A stretch of 64,000 nucleotides of DNA from Clostridiales bacterium (GTDB taxonomy: Bacteria; Bacillota; Clostridia; Christensenellales; UBA1242), in the NCBI GenBank assembly GCA_918292005.1, contig CAKJZJ010000017.1, positions 5,051 through 69,050 of the forward strand, in the 5' to 3' direction. This document shows, one piece after another, positions 49,265 through 60,023 of this stretch (its first letter is position 1; each line of letters begins with the position of its first letter). The notes beneath the pieces are model-generated. The model did no database searches. It saw nothing but the letters and a program-made list of their open reading frames with translations, and was not told the origin of the DNA. Made by a program: the position numbers and the translations under genes.

Positions 49265-50170
49265 TTATGGCATCTTTTTTAATGTTTCGAAGAATAGTTT
49301 TTTGAATTTTTTTACTTTTATGGTTGTGGCTACCAACATATTAGGTGCTTTGATTGGGTCAAAGTCTATTACACCAGTTTGTTGTTTTTCTAGGAATCTA
49401 ATATGTACGTACATCATTTCTTTCTCAAAAAATTCTGGATGTGCAACATATACTACTGCACAAGGGTCATGGGTGGCTATACCTACCTTTACATGTCTGT
49501 CTTTGTAACTACGGAAGATGTATTCCAGCATCTCTCCAGTTTTATTGGTTGTTCGGATTTGTTCTACTTCGTCTGGAGTCAGGAATGCTGTGTGACCATG
49601 GTCGCTAGGACAGATAATAATATTGGCTCCACTCTGCAATACATATTTGGCTGCTTCTGGATCTTGCATAACATTGAACCCTAGATATGGATTGCGTTTG
49701 CTATCATGTAGTAGTCCACCAGATATGAGTATGTAGTCTATATTATATTTTACTTCTGGGTGGGTAAGAAGGAGTTTGCCTATATTGGTCAGTGGTCCCA
49801 GTGCAATAACGACCACTCTTTCTTTACTTTTCATAATGGTCTTATACATTTTCTCTACTGCATCTTCTTTGATAGTTTTGAGTTCTAGTTTTGGGAATTT
49901 ATATTTGCCTAGACCTTTTTTACCATGGGCTTGTATGGAATTATCCTTTTCTCTTTCTAGTGGTTTAGATTCCCCCATGGCTACAGGTATTTTTGTTTTG
50001 CCTATTGCTTGCAAAAAATTCAATGTGTTTTTTGTAACTTCGTTTACACTCAAATTACCACAGATGGTGGTAATGAGTTTTACATTGAGTTTATTGGAGT
50101 AGGTGGCTAGTGCTATTGCTACTGCATCGTCTATACCTGTGTCTACATCTAGGATAACTGGTTTTTTCAT
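49265..50170 (-). CDS. Inosine-uridine nucleoside hydrolase
   Basis: DVDTGIDDA (DxDxxxDD), LGPLTN and HDP motifs. The real start is MKKPVILD, not the 447-aa ORF start. Confidence 0.9.
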   Translation of the reverse strand: MKKPVILDVDTGIDDAVAIALATYSNKLNVKLITTICGNLSVNEVTKNTLNFLQAIGKTKIPVAMGESKPLEREKDNSIQAHGKKGLGKYKFPKLELKTIKEDAVEKMYKTIMKSKERVVVIALGPLTNIGKLLLTHPEVKYNIDYILISGGLLHDSKRNPYLGFNVMQDPEAAKYVLQSGANIIICPSDHGHTAFLTPDEVEQIRTTNKTGEMLEYIFRSYKDRHVKVGIATHDPCAVVYVAHPEFFEKEMMYVHIRFLEKQQTGVIDFDPIKAPNMLVATTIKVKKFKKLFFETLKKMP

Positions 50171-50384
50171 ATGGAATTTCCTTAATTTTATTTTGTACAA
50201 ATAGTATATATTGATTTGATGATTTTTCAAAGTCTTTTCGGTATATTGTGGTATTTTCTTTAGTATTTTCTCATGTGAATATGTGTGCATATATTCAGAT
50301 ATTGTATATACCCAATATTTCATTTGACAATTTGCAGATAATTTTTCATACTTAGTAGGTAAATATATATTATACGGAGTAAGT

Positions 50385-51617
50385 ATGGCTAAAAGGCGAA
50401 TGACGAAAAGACAAAAGAAGCAAATGGCTAATTTTGCTTTTGCACATTGGAAATTATTGCTAGTATTATTGCTAATAGTGGTAGTTCTAGGTGTAACGGC
50501 ATATTTTATGGGCTGGCTAAATTTTTTATTTGTAGATAAAAATGCTACGAGCAATACTACACCTGTGAGTGCTCCAGAGAGAATGTCGTCTGCAGGTGGG
50601 CAAGTCACAAATCTAGATGCTCCAAAAGACCTGGTTATTAATTTCTTTAGTGTAGGTCAGGCTGATTGTATGATTATTGAATTGCCAGACGGCAAGTATA
50701 TGATCATAGATGGTGGTGATGATAAAACTACTGATAGAACAATTTTGCAGAATTACATTACAGCCAAAAGTATCACAACATTTGACTATATGTTGCTTAC
50801 ACATCCACATCAGGATCACGTGGCAAATTTAGGCTGGATAATAGACAATTATATTGTTAGATACGTATTCCGTCCTAATGTTTATTCGGATAATACAGTA
50901 TCTAGTGGTCTGCCAGATACATTTAATGTAGGACCTAGGGATAAAGATACTTATTCTACCAATAAATCTTATGCAGAATTCCTAGTATCTCTATACAACG
51001 AAGAAAATTGCAGTAATGAAATTTTCGATAAAGATAGCGATTTTTCAAATAAAGTAATTTGTGGTGAACAGGAATACACATATAAATTTGATTTTCTGAC
51101 ACCTGTGGCTCTAGGTACCACGGTATCTTCCAAAAACATTAATAATTATTCTCCTATAGTAATGCTAGAGTATGCTGGCAGAAAGATAATCTTTACAGGG
51201 GATGCAGAGACAAACGTTCTTACAGAATATGTGTCTACATATGGTAATGCCAATAATGTAGATGTATTGAAGGTGGGACATCATGGTAGCAAAAATGCTA
51301 CGACTCAGGCATTTATAGATGCTATCGATCCAGAGTATGCTGTTATTCAGGTGTATCCGACTAGAAAAGATAGACTACCAAATACCGAAACACTTAACAT
51401 TCTAGCCGGTAACGATACTACAATATACAGAAACGACACTAATGGAAAAATAGTATTGACTATTAATACTGCAGGTAATATGAATTGGGAACTAGAAGAT
51501 ACAGACATGTCCAACAATATGAAAAATGGCGAAGAGATGTGTGACCTATATGATATAGGTGTCAGTATGCCATTATTCGATATTTTCTATGATGATAAAA
51601 AAGTAAAAATCGCCTAA
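50385..51617 (+). CDS. ComEC/Rec2-type MBL-fold hydrolase with N-terminal membrane anchor
   Basis: VGQADC, THPHQDH, FTGDAE and KVGHHGS motifs. No multi-TM competence domain. Confidence 0.8.
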   Translation: MAKRRMTKRQKKQMANFAFAHWKLLLVLLLIVVVLGVTAYFMGWLNFLFVDKNATSNTTPVSAPERMSSAGGQVTNLDAPKDLVINFFSVGQADCMIIELPDGKYMIIDGGDDKTTDRTILQNYITAKSITTFDYMLLTHPHQDHVANLGWIIDNYIVRYVFRPNVYSDNTVSSGLPDTFNVGPRDKDTYSTNKSYAEFLVSLYNEENCSNEIFDKDSDFSNKVICGEQEYTYKFDFLTPVALGTTVSSKNINNYSPIVMLEYAGRKIIFTGDAETNVLTEYVSTYGNANNVDVLKVGHHGSKNATTQAFIDAIDPEYAVIQVYPTRKDRLPNTETLNILAGNDTTIYRNDTNGKIVLTINTAGNMNWELEDTDMSNNMKNGEEMCDLYDIGVSMPLFDIFYDDKKVKIA

Positions 51618-51631
51618 ATAAAGGAGTAATT

Positions 51632-52540
51632 ATGTATTATATAGGTGTAGACGTGGGTGGAACAAACTTAAAAATAGGTTTGATTCAAGACAACCAAGTC
51701 GTTATAAAAAAAGTATTACAAACCAATGCTCTAGATATTATTAAACAAGTAGTCACTGGTATAAAAGAGATGCTCGCAGATAATTCTATATCCATGTCTG
51801 ATATTGCTGGTGTGGGTGTTGGTTTCCCTGGTATGATGAAAAATGGCAGGGTTATCCATAGTCCAAATATCCAATTAGACGATTGTCCAATACAGTCTAT
51901 TTTGGCAGACCATTTGGGTGTAAAGACTATTGTAAAAAATGATGGAGACCTGGCTGCTTTTGCCGAACATGAGATTGGTGCCGGTGTCGGTAGTAATGAT
52001 ATGATAATGCTGACCATTGGTACTGGTGTTGGTGGTGGTATTATTATTAATAATCAAATATATCAAGGTTGCGGTGGTGCCGGAGAATTAGGTCATATAA
52101 TGTGTGTCCCTAATGGCAAACATTGTAATTGTGGCAGATTGGGTTGTGCAGAAAAATACGTGTCTCTGTCTGCCTTGCATGATATGGCTGTAGAAAAAAT
52201 GACTAAATATAGCGAAAATACAATACACAAAGCAGATGGTGTAAGAGCGATAGATATTTTAGATGCCTATCATCAAGGAGATGCATGCGCTAGAGAGATT
52301 ATATCCGAGTATGTGGTAATGTTATCTGATGTAATACTTAATTATTGTAATATATTCCGTCCAGATACAATTGTAATAGGTGGTGGACTCACGTATGCTA
52401 GAGACATCATAGATATGGTGGCTAAAAGGTGTGAAGAAATGCACTATGGCTACGTGGGGGCACGTAAGGTAAAAATAGTGCCTGCTAGCCTGGGAAATGA
52501 TGCTGGTATGTTGGGTGCCGTACTATCTCTAGATAGATAA
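51632..52540 (+). CDS. ROK family sugar kinase (glucokinase-like)
   Basis: GVDVGGT, NDG, TIGTGVGGG, GELGH...CNCG..GCAE and GNDAG motifs. Confidence 0.88.
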   Translation: MYYIGVDVGGTNLKIGLIQDNQVVIKKVLQTNALDIIKQVVTGIKEMLADNSISMSDIAGVGVGFPGMMKNGRVIHSPNIQLDDCPIQSILADHLGVKTIVKNDGDLAAFAEHEIGAGVGSNDMIMLTIGTGVGGGIIINNQIYQGCGGAGELGHIMCVPNGKHCNCGRLGCAEKYVSLSALHDMAVEKMTKYSENTIHKADGVRAIDILDAYHQGDACAREIISEYVVMLSDVILNYCNIFRPDTIVIGGGLTYARDIIDMVAKRCEEMHYGYVGARKVKIVPASLGNDAGMLGAVLSLDR

Positions 52541-52856
52541 TTTTTGATAAAAAACACTCTACCTGTATGGTGGGGTGTTTTTTTCAAATTTTGTACAATT
52601 TGTAATAGACAAAAATAATATTTTTTAAAAAATTTTTTATGGTAATTTTGCGAACATTTTACACTTCAAAGTATTTTTTTGCATGGTGATTTTTCATAAA
52701 ATATTGCCTGTGGGGACATATATATTATATATATGTGATATCTTCTGTCAGAAACTATATCAATTTGTATCTGTGACAATTTTCGGCAATAGTGATGTCA
52801 AGCAAAATGACATAGAATTTTAAAAAAAAATAAAAAAAATTTTCTTTAAATTTTTG

Positions 52857-52945
52857 TTGACAACCACTATATCTTGTGGTAAGATTTGGTAATTGCATAC
52901 AAGATATATGTATTTTTGCCATTTGGCGCATACTATATATAGTGT
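52857..52945 (+). promoter_or_regulatory. nrdD promoter with NrdR boxes
   Basis: TTGACA 52857-52862/N17/TAAGAT 52880-52885. NrdR-like boxes CCACTATATCTTGTGG (52864-52879) and ATACTATATATAGTGT (52930-52945). Confidence 0.8.
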
Positions 52946-52984
52946 GTGCATTTTTGAGAGAAAATAAAAAAATAGGAGTTTGAG

Positions 52985-55366
52985 ATGATTACAAAGATAA
53001 GAAAGAGAGACGGAAGACTGGTAGATTATGATATCGGTAAAATTGAAAATGCTATTGCAAAAGCCATGATTGCTCTAGGCGATGGTGAAATCAAAGATTG
53101 TAAAAAGATGGCAAAGATAGTAGAATTCAATCTTATCGAAAAATTCGAAGAAAAAATCCCAACTGTAGAAGATGTACAAGATCTAGTGGAAAAGACTCTT
53201 ATGACCAATGGTTATGAGAATGTCGCAAAGGCTTATATTATATATAGAAAGGATCATGAGAAAGTTCGTAATATTGAGAATACTATGATGGACTACAAGG
53301 CTACCGTAGACAAATATCTCAATTTAGCCGATTGGCGTGTAAAAGAGAATTCTACCGTTACATACTCTGTAGGTGGTCTAATTCTTAGCAATTCGGGTGC
53401 TATTACTGCGAATTATTGGTTGAGTGAAGTATATGACAAAGAGATAGCACAGGCTCACAAAAATGCAGATATTCATATCCACGATTTGTCTATGCTTACT
53501 GGTTATTGTGCCGGCTGGTCTTTGAAACAACTTATCAAAGAAGGTCTAGGTGGTGTTGTGGGTAAAATCACTTCTACACCTGCTAGCCACTTATCTACAC
53601 TATGTAATCAGATGGTAAACTTCTTGGGCATAATGCAGAATGAATGGGCAGGGGCACAAGCATTCTCATCATTTGATACATATTTGGCACCTTTCGTAAG
53701 AGTAGATAATCTAACATATAAAGAAGTTAAACAATGTATCCAGAGTTTTATATACGGCGTAAATACTCCATCTAGATGGGGTACTCAGGCACCATTTACC
53801 AATATTACTCTAGACTGGGTAGTTCCTAATGACCTAGCAGAACTCAATGCTATCGTTGGTGGCAAAGAGATGGACTTCAAATATAAAGATTGTGCAAAAG
53901 AAATGGCTATGGTCAATAAAGCATTCATCGAGATTATGATTGAGGGTGATGCTAATGGTAGGGGATTCCAATATCCTATCCCTACATATTCTATTACTCG
54001 TGATTTCGACTGGTCAGAGACAGAGAATAATAGATTATTATTCGAGATGACTACTAAATATGGTACTCCATATTTCTCCAATTATATCAATTCTGATATG
54101 GAGCCTAGTGATGTAAGATCTATGTGTTGTAGATTGAGACTAGACCTAAGAGAATTACGTAAAAAATCCGGTGGATTCTTTGGTTCTGGTGAAAGCACAG
54201 GTAGTGTGGGTGTTGTTACCATCAATATGCCTAGAATAGCATATCTATCAAAGACAGAAGATGAATTCTTTGAGAGATTAGATCATATGATGGATATTGC
54301 TGCTAGATCACTAAAGACCAAACGTGAAGTTATAACCAAACTCCTAGAATATGGTCTATATCCATATACAAAGAGATATTTGGGTACATTCAATAATCAC
54401 TTCTCCACTATTGGTCTAGTGGGTATGAATGAAGCATGCCTAAATGCTATATGGATTGCAGAGGATTTGACACATAAAGATGCTCAAGAATTCACAAAGA
54501 AAGTACTTAATCATATGAGAGATAGACTCAGTGATTATCAAGAGCAATATGGAGATTTATACAATCTAGAAGCAACTCCTGCAGAGAGTACTTCATTCAG
54601 ACTAGCTAAACACGATAGAGAGAGATATCCAGACATTATTACTGCTACTCAGAATGATAATGCTCCATATTATACCAATAGTTCACACTTGCCAGTAGGA
54701 TTTACATCAGATATATTCGAAGCACTAGATATTCAAGATGAATTGCAGACATTATATACATCTGGTACAGTATTCCATGCATTCCTAGGTGAAAAACTAG
54801 AAGACTGGAAGACCACAATGAATCTAGTTAGAAAGATAGCAGAGAATTATAAATTGCCATACTACACCATGTCTCCTACATATTCCGTATGTAAAAATCA
54901 TGGATACATCGCTGGTGAACATTATGAATGTCCAGAGTGTGGTGCTCCAACAGAAGTATATAGTAGAATAACAGGTTATTATAGACCAGTTCAAAACTGG
55001 AATGATGGCAAATCTCAAGAATTCAAAGAGAGAAAAACCTATGATATTGCAAATAGCAAATTGAAAAAGACCAATGAAGATACCTGTTGCGAATGTAAAG
55101 ATGACGATAAAAAAGCCGATAAACCTGCAGGTCCAGTACTATTTGCTACCAAGACATGTCCTAATTGTAAGATGGCAAAAATGTTGCTAGATAAAGCAAA
55201 TATCAAATATACAGTAGTAGATGCAGAAGAAAATGTGGAATTGACAAATGAATATAAGGTTAAAAAAGCACCTACACTTATCGTGCCTACCAAGTCGGGA
55301 CTAGAGTATTACGATAATGCTAGCGAAATAAGAAGATATATCGAGACCAAAACTAATAATAAATAA
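52985..55366 (+). CDS. nrdD: Class III anaerobic ribonucleoside-triphosphate reductase with ATP cone and C-terminal glutaredoxin-like domain
   Basis: N-terminal IRKRDGR ATP cone, SMCCRL thiyl Cys, RITGYY glycyl loop and C-terminal TKTCPNC. Confidence 0.92.
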   Translation: MITKIRKRDGRLVDYDIGKIENAIAKAMIALGDGEIKDCKKMAKIVEFNLIEKFEEKIPTVEDVQDLVEKTLMTNGYENVAKAYIIYRKDHEKVRNIENTMMDYKATVDKYLNLADWRVKENSTVTYSVGGLILSNSGAITANYWLSEVYDKEIAQAHKNADIHIHDLSMLTGYCAGWSLKQLIKEGLGGVVGKITSTPASHLSTLCNQMVNFLGIMQNEWAGAQAFSSFDTYLAPFVRVDNLTYKEVKQCIQSFIYGVNTPSRWGTQAPFTNITLDWVVPNDLAELNAIVGGKEMDFKYKDCAKEMAMVNKAFIEIMIEGDANGRGFQYPIPTYSITRDFDWSETENNRLLFEMTTKYGTPYFSNYINSDMEPSDVRSMCCRLRLDLRELRKKSGGFFGSGESTGSVGVVTINMPRIAYLSKTEDEFFERLDHMMDIAARSLKTKREVITKLLEYGLYPYTKRYLGTFNNHFSTIGLVGMNEACLNAIWIAEDLTHKDAQEFTKKVLNHMRDRLSDYQEQYGDLYNLEATPAESTSFRLAKHDRERYPDIITATQNDNAPYYTNSSHLPVGFTSDIFEALDIQDELQTLYTSGTVFHAFLGEKLEDWKTTMNLVRKIAENYKLPYYTMSPTYSVCKNHGYIAGEHYECPECGAPTEVYSRITGYYRPVQNWNDGKSQEFKERKTYDIANSKLKKTNEDTCCECKDDDKKADKPAGPVLFATKTCPNCKMAKMLLDKANIKYTVVDAEENVELTNEYKVKKAPTLIVPTKSGLEYYDNASEIRRYIETKTNNK

Positions 55367-55376
55367 AGGACAGACA

Positions 55377-56282
55377 ATGTTTGATATAATAGTAATAGGC
55401 GGGGGTGTTGCAGGAATGACTGCAGCACTCTATGCTTTGAGAAACAATAAAAGTGTATTATTGATAGAGGGCACCAGTATTGGTGGTCAGATAGCACAAT
55501 CTCCTAGGGTGGAGAATTATCCTTCTATCAAAAAAATTGCAGGTTCGGAACTCACAGACAATATGTTTGAGCAAATATCAAATCTGGGTGCAGAATTTGA
55601 ATTTGATAATATTGAGCATATAGAGAAAGTCGATAATGTATTTAAACTCACTGGTGAATTTGCAAATTATGAGTCAAGGGCAGTAATTATTGCCAACGGT
55701 GTAAAACATAGAAAATTAAGGCTACCTAATGAAGACGATTTGATAGGTCATGGAGTGTATTATTGTGCATTATGTGATGGTCCTTTTTACAAAGGTAAAG
55801 ACGTGACACTTATCGGTGATGGTAATACGGCTCTGCAGTATGCACTGATGCTGTCAGATATGTGTAGCAAAGTAAATTTGGTTATTATGTTTGATCATTT
55901 CTTTGGTGATGAGAGTCTAGTCAAGGCTGTAGAGAGCAGAGAAAATATAGAGATTACTAGAGAGGCAAAAACAGTGGCTTTGCTAGGTGAGACCGAGCTT
56001 ACGGGTATTAGATTTGAAAGGAAAGATGGTACTACATTTGAAATATTAGACACTCCACTATTCGTGGCGATCGGTCAAGTTCCAGATAATAAGAAATTTG
56101 AGAATCTTGCCAAACTAGATAAGTTCGGATATTTCGATAGTGATGAGTCTACCACCACTATTACTCCTGGATTATTTGTGGCAGGAGATACTAGGAAAAA
56201 AGATGTTCGCCAGGTTACCACAGCTATATGTGATGGTGCTATTGCAGCCACTGGTGCATGTAATTATCTAAATACTTTATAA
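55377..56282 (+). CDS. trxB: Thioredoxin reductase-like flavoprotein
   Basis: GGGVAG, VENYP, YCALCDG, GDGNTA and GLFVAGD motifs. Confidence 0.88.
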   Translation: MFDIIVIGGGVAGMTAALYALRNNKSVLLIEGTSIGGQIAQSPRVENYPSIKKIAGSELTDNMFEQISNLGAEFEFDNIEHIEKVDNVFKLTGEFANYESRAVIIANGVKHRKLRLPNEDDLIGHGVYYCALCDGPFYKGKDVTLIGDGNTALQYALMLSDMCSKVNLVIMFDHFFGDESLVKAVESRENIEITREAKTVALLGETELTGIRFERKDGTTFEILDTPLFVAIGQVPDNKKFENLAKLDKFGYFDSDESTTTITPGLFVAGDTRKKDVRQVTTAICDGAIAATGACNYLNTL

Positions 56283-56365
56283 AAAAATCGACACTGTATT
56301 GGTGTCGTTTTTTTGTTTATTGTTGTGGTATTATCTGTCAATAATATTCTAGTTTATGTCAAAAA

Positions 56366-57049
56366 CTAGTATCCACGCAGTTTTGTATTAGGTATATATT
56401 TTTTTATACGTTCTAGTATTTGTATTGCTTCTGCTTTTGGTATTTCGTGTAGATCACCTTTTATGCATGAGCCACTATCTACAAATTTTTGCAGATAGTA
56501 TTTCTGGGCATTCGGTATCATCTGACCAATGATATCAAAGTCATTAATACTATGATATTCGGATACAATTGTTGTACGGAATTCATAGTCGATTCCACAC
56601 GACATTATGTATTTTATGGTGTCCATTATTTGAATCTTGTTTATATCTTTACCCGTGATGGCAGAGTATTTTTCTAGGCAGTTTTTTATATCCATTGCGA
56701 TGTAGTCGATTAGGTGGTTTTCTACTAGATATTTTACCATGTCTAGATTTGTGCCATTGGTGTCTAGTTTGACTAGATACCCCATATCTTTTATCTTCTT
56801 TATGAATAGGGGAAGATCGGGGTGTAGGGTTGGCTCCCCACCTGATATAACTACACTATCTAGTATGTTTTTTCTTTTCTCTAGATAGGCAAATATTTCT
56901 TTTTCATCAATACTATCGGTGTTACCGATTACTAGCGAAGAATTGTGGCAAAATGGACAGGCAAAATTACAGCCAGCCGTAAAGATAGTTGCTGCCATGT
57001 GTTCGTCGTAGTCTACTAATGATAATTTCTGCAGTCCGGATATTTTCAT
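56366..57049 (-). CDS. nrdG: Anaerobic RNR activating radical-SAM protein
   Basis: GCNFACPFCHN (CX3CX2C), SGGEP and DTNG motifs. Confidence 0.9.
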   Translation of the reverse strand: MKISGLQKLSLVDYDEHMAATIFTAGCNFACPFCHNSSLVIGNTDSIDEKEIFAYLEKRKNILDSVVISGGEPTLHPDLPLFIKKIKDMGYLVKLDTNGTNLDMVKYLVENHLIDYIAMDIKNCLEKYSAITGKDINKIQIMDTIKYIMSCGIDYEFRTTIVSEYHSINDFDIIGQMIPNAQKYYLQKFVDSGSCIKGDLHEIPKAEAIQILERIKKYIPNTKLRGY

Positions 57050-57226
57050 ATTTACCCCCACATATATATTATAACAAATTTTGGTGGATTTGTCATATCC
57101 ATATAGAGTATAAATTTACAATATTTAAATGCATATATGTGCAAGTGCTCAAATGTGCAATAATTCATTTCACAATTTTGACTTTTTTTGGTATTATAAT
57201 TCTATACAATATGTAAGGGTGAAATT

Positions 57227-59947
57227 ATGAAATCGTATCACAATTATGAATTAGAAGAAGTGTATAATAAACTCAATACCAGCGAAGTGGGATTGACTAG
57301 CGAAGAGGCTGCAAATAGACTTGCACGAAATGGAAAAAATGCACTAGATGAGGGTAAGTCAAAGACGTGGATACAGAGATTCTTCGCTCAAATGAAAGAC
57401 CTAATGATAATAGTTTTACTCATAGCGGCTGTGATATCTGCCGTGATAGCAATATTAGAAAAGAATTACACCGAATTGATTGATAGTGGAATAATCCTAC
57501 TCATTGTCATAGTGAATGCTATTATAGGAACCATTCAAGAAGAAAAAGCCGATCAGGCGATGAAAGAACTGACCAAGATGAATAAACCGTATGCAAAGGT
57601 AATGCGTGATGGTGAAATTCAAAAAATTAAATGTGAAGATATAGTGGTGGGTGACGTAGTTGTGCTAGAAGCAGGTGATGTAGTTCCTGCAGACCTAAGG
57701 CTGATATCATCTAAATCACTGAAGATACAAGAAAGTACACTTACTGGAGAGAGCGTTCCTGCAGAAAAAGATTATTTAGCCGACCTACAAGATGAGTGTC
57801 CACTAGGTGATAGAAAAACCATGGCATATAGTACTGGTGTGGTAGCATATGGCAGGGGAAGTGGTATAGTAATTGCTACAGGTATGAATACCGAAGTGGG
57901 CAAAATCGCAGGTATGCTAAATACTCAAACCAAAACAGATACTCCGTTACAAAAGCAATTAGCCAAGACTGCTAAATTCCTATCATTCGTAGTGCTGGGA
58001 ATAGCAGCAGTAATATTCGTAGCAGGAATAATTAATAGAGATCCCGGTCAGCCGATAGTTGATAGTATCATTAATAGCTTCATGGTAGCAGTCGCAATAG
58101 CAGTAGCAGCCATTCCAGAAGGATTGCCTGCAGTAGTAACAATTGTGCTAGCGATAGGCGTAAAGAGAATGAGCGAGAGAAAGGCGATTGTAAAAAATCT
58201 ACCTGCTGTAGAAACACTAGGTTGTTGCGAAGTAATATGTTCGGATAAGACCGGTACACTTACTCTAAATAAAATGACTGTAAAAGAATTCTATACCAAA
58301 TCAATGGGGCTATTCTACAGAGAAGAAAAAGTACTAGACCAGAGTGTCAATACACTCATTGAGGGTGTGGTGCTATGTAATGATACCGAAGAAAGAATGG
58401 ATCAAGAATTAATAGGAGATCCGACCGAGACAGCCCTTGTAGCATATGCTCGAAAGATAGGTGTATCGGCTAAAGATTTGAAACAAAACAATGTTCGTAT
58501 TGATGAGATACCATTTGATAGCAAAAGAAAACTTATGACAACAGTTCATGAGAATTTGACAGAAAATACCAAGATATCGTACACGAAAGGTGCATTTGAT
58601 ATGTTGCTTAATCGTTGTACAAAGATACTGGATTGTGATAAAGAAAGAGAAATAACCGACGAAGATAAACAAAACTTACGTAAGGCTAATAAAGAGATGG
58701 CTAGCAATGCTCTGAGAGTATTGGGTCTAGCGTATAAAAAACATCACCTAAATGACCATGACAATCTAGAGACTGATCTAGTATTCGTGGGACTGGTAGG
58801 TATGATAGATCCACCTAGAAAAGAAGTTGGTGATGCAGTAGCCACATGTAAACGTGCAGGTATGACTGCAATTATGATTACGGGTGATCATCTAGACACG
58901 GCAGTGGCTATCGCCACACAAATAGGTATATATAAAAAAGGTGATCTCGCTATCACTGGTGCCGATCTAGATAAACTCACAGATGAGGAATTCCTGAGAG
59001 ACCTACGTAAATATAAAGTATTTGCACGTGTGTCTCCTGAGAATAAAGTAAGAATAGTGCAAGCATATAAGTCATTCAATGTAATAGTTGCTATGACAGG
59101 AGATGGAGTAAATGATGCTCCATCCATAAAGACTGCTGATATAGGTATAGGTATGGGTATTACTGGTACCGATGTTAGTAAGGGTGCTGCAGATATAGTA
59201 CTAGCAGATGATAATTTTGCAACAATCATTGCTGCAGTGGAAGAGGGTAGAAAAGTTTACTCTAATATAAAAAAGGCTGTGCAATATCTATTGTCGGCGA
59301 ATATTGCCGAAGTACTATGTTTGTTTATTGCAACCATTTTTATGAGAGTGGAATTCCTAAGCGCAGTAATGATACTGTGGGTAAACTTGGTTACAGATAG
59401 TTTGCCTGCTCTAGCACTCGGTGTAGAGAGGGTTGAGCGTGATGTGATGAATAAACCACCTAGGAAGTCTCACGATTCACTCTTTGCAGGGCATACAGGT
59501 AGGAATATTATTATTCAAGGCATAATGCAGACAATACTAGTTATGACATCATTCGTTATAGGTAATTACGTAATCGGTAGTCACATTGTTGGTATGACTA
59601 TGTCATTCATTACCCTAGCACTTACACAATTATTTCATGCCTACAATAGTAGATCTCAGACACACTCATTGTTTAGTTCAAATCCTTTAGGCAATAGACA
59701 GATGAATTTATCATTCCTAGCAGGTGTTATACTTACTGCTATTACATTCATTCCTGCATTCCAGACATTCTTCGGCACAACCATGCTTAGTGCTGGTCAA
59801 TTTGCCATAGCAATCGGATTATCTTTTGCAATTATTCCTTGTGTAGAATTGCAGAAAATAATTGAATGGGGTGTACGTCGTAAAAAAGAGAAACAGATTA
59901 CTCAATATCAAGCCGAACAAAAGGATGAATTTGAATCTCAGAATTAA
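57227..59947 (+). CDS. P-type II cation (Ca2+-like) transporting ATPase
   Basis: TGES, IPEGL, DKTGT, TGDH, GDGVND and NLVTD motifs. Confidence 0.92.
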   Translation: MKSYHNYELEEVYNKLNTSEVGLTSEEAANRLARNGKNALDEGKSKTWIQRFFAQMKDLMIIVLLIAAVISAVIAILEKNYTELIDSGIILLIVIVNAIIGTIQEEKADQAMKELTKMNKPYAKVMRDGEIQKIKCEDIVVGDVVVLEAGDVVPADLRLISSKSLKIQESTLTGESVPAEKDYLADLQDECPLGDRKTMAYSTGVVAYGRGSGIVIATGMNTEVGKIAGMLNTQTKTDTPLQKQLAKTAKFLSFVVLGIAAVIFVAGIINRDPGQPIVDSIINSFMVAVAIAVAAIPEGLPAVVTIVLAIGVKRMSERKAIVKNLPAVETLGCCEVICSDKTGTLTLNKMTVKEFYTKSMGLFYREEKVLDQSVNTLIEGVVLCNDTEERMDQELIGDPTETALVAYARKIGVSAKDLKQNNVRIDEIPFDSKRKLMTTVHENLTENTKISYTKGAFDMLLNRCTKILDCDKEREITDEDKQNLRKANKEMASNALRVLGLAYKKHHLNDHDNLETDLVFVGLVGMIDPPRKEVGDAVATCKRAGMTAIMITGDHLDTAVAIATQIGIYKKGDLAITGADLDKLTDEEFLRDLRKYKVFARVSPENKVRIVQAYKSFNVIVAMTGDGVNDAPSIKTADIGIGMGITGTDVSKGAADIVLADDNFATIIAAVEEGRKVYSNIKKAVQYLLSANIAEVLCLFIATIFMRVEFLSAVMILWVNLVTDSLPALALGVERVERDVMNKPPRKSHDSLFAGHTGRNIIIQGIMQTILVMTSFVIGNYVIGSHIVGMTMSFITLALTQLFHAYNSRSQTHSLFSSNPLGNRQMNLSFLAGVILTAITFIPAFQTFFGTTMLSAGQFAIAIGLSFAIIPCVELQKIIEWGVRRKKEKQITQYQAEQKDEFESQN

Positions 59948-60023
59948 TAAAAAGCATATCATGGCGATATGCTTTTTTCATTCATTTCATATACGGGATT
60001 TTATCCTATATCCATCTACACTA

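Noticed and set aside
50171-50608. N-terminal extension of the nucleoside hydrolase (447-aa ORF)
   Set aside because: It crosses an AT-rich intergenic region and overlaps the divergent gene. The family motif starts at MKKPVILDVD, which has an RBS.
50385-51617. Full ComEC DNA-uptake channel
   Set aside because: Only the MBL domain and one anchor are present. The multi-TM competence domain is absent.
57050-57226. yybP-ykoY riboswitch upstream of the P-type ATPase
   Set aside because: The leader after the TTGACT/TATAAT promoter is too short and lacks the conserved motifs.
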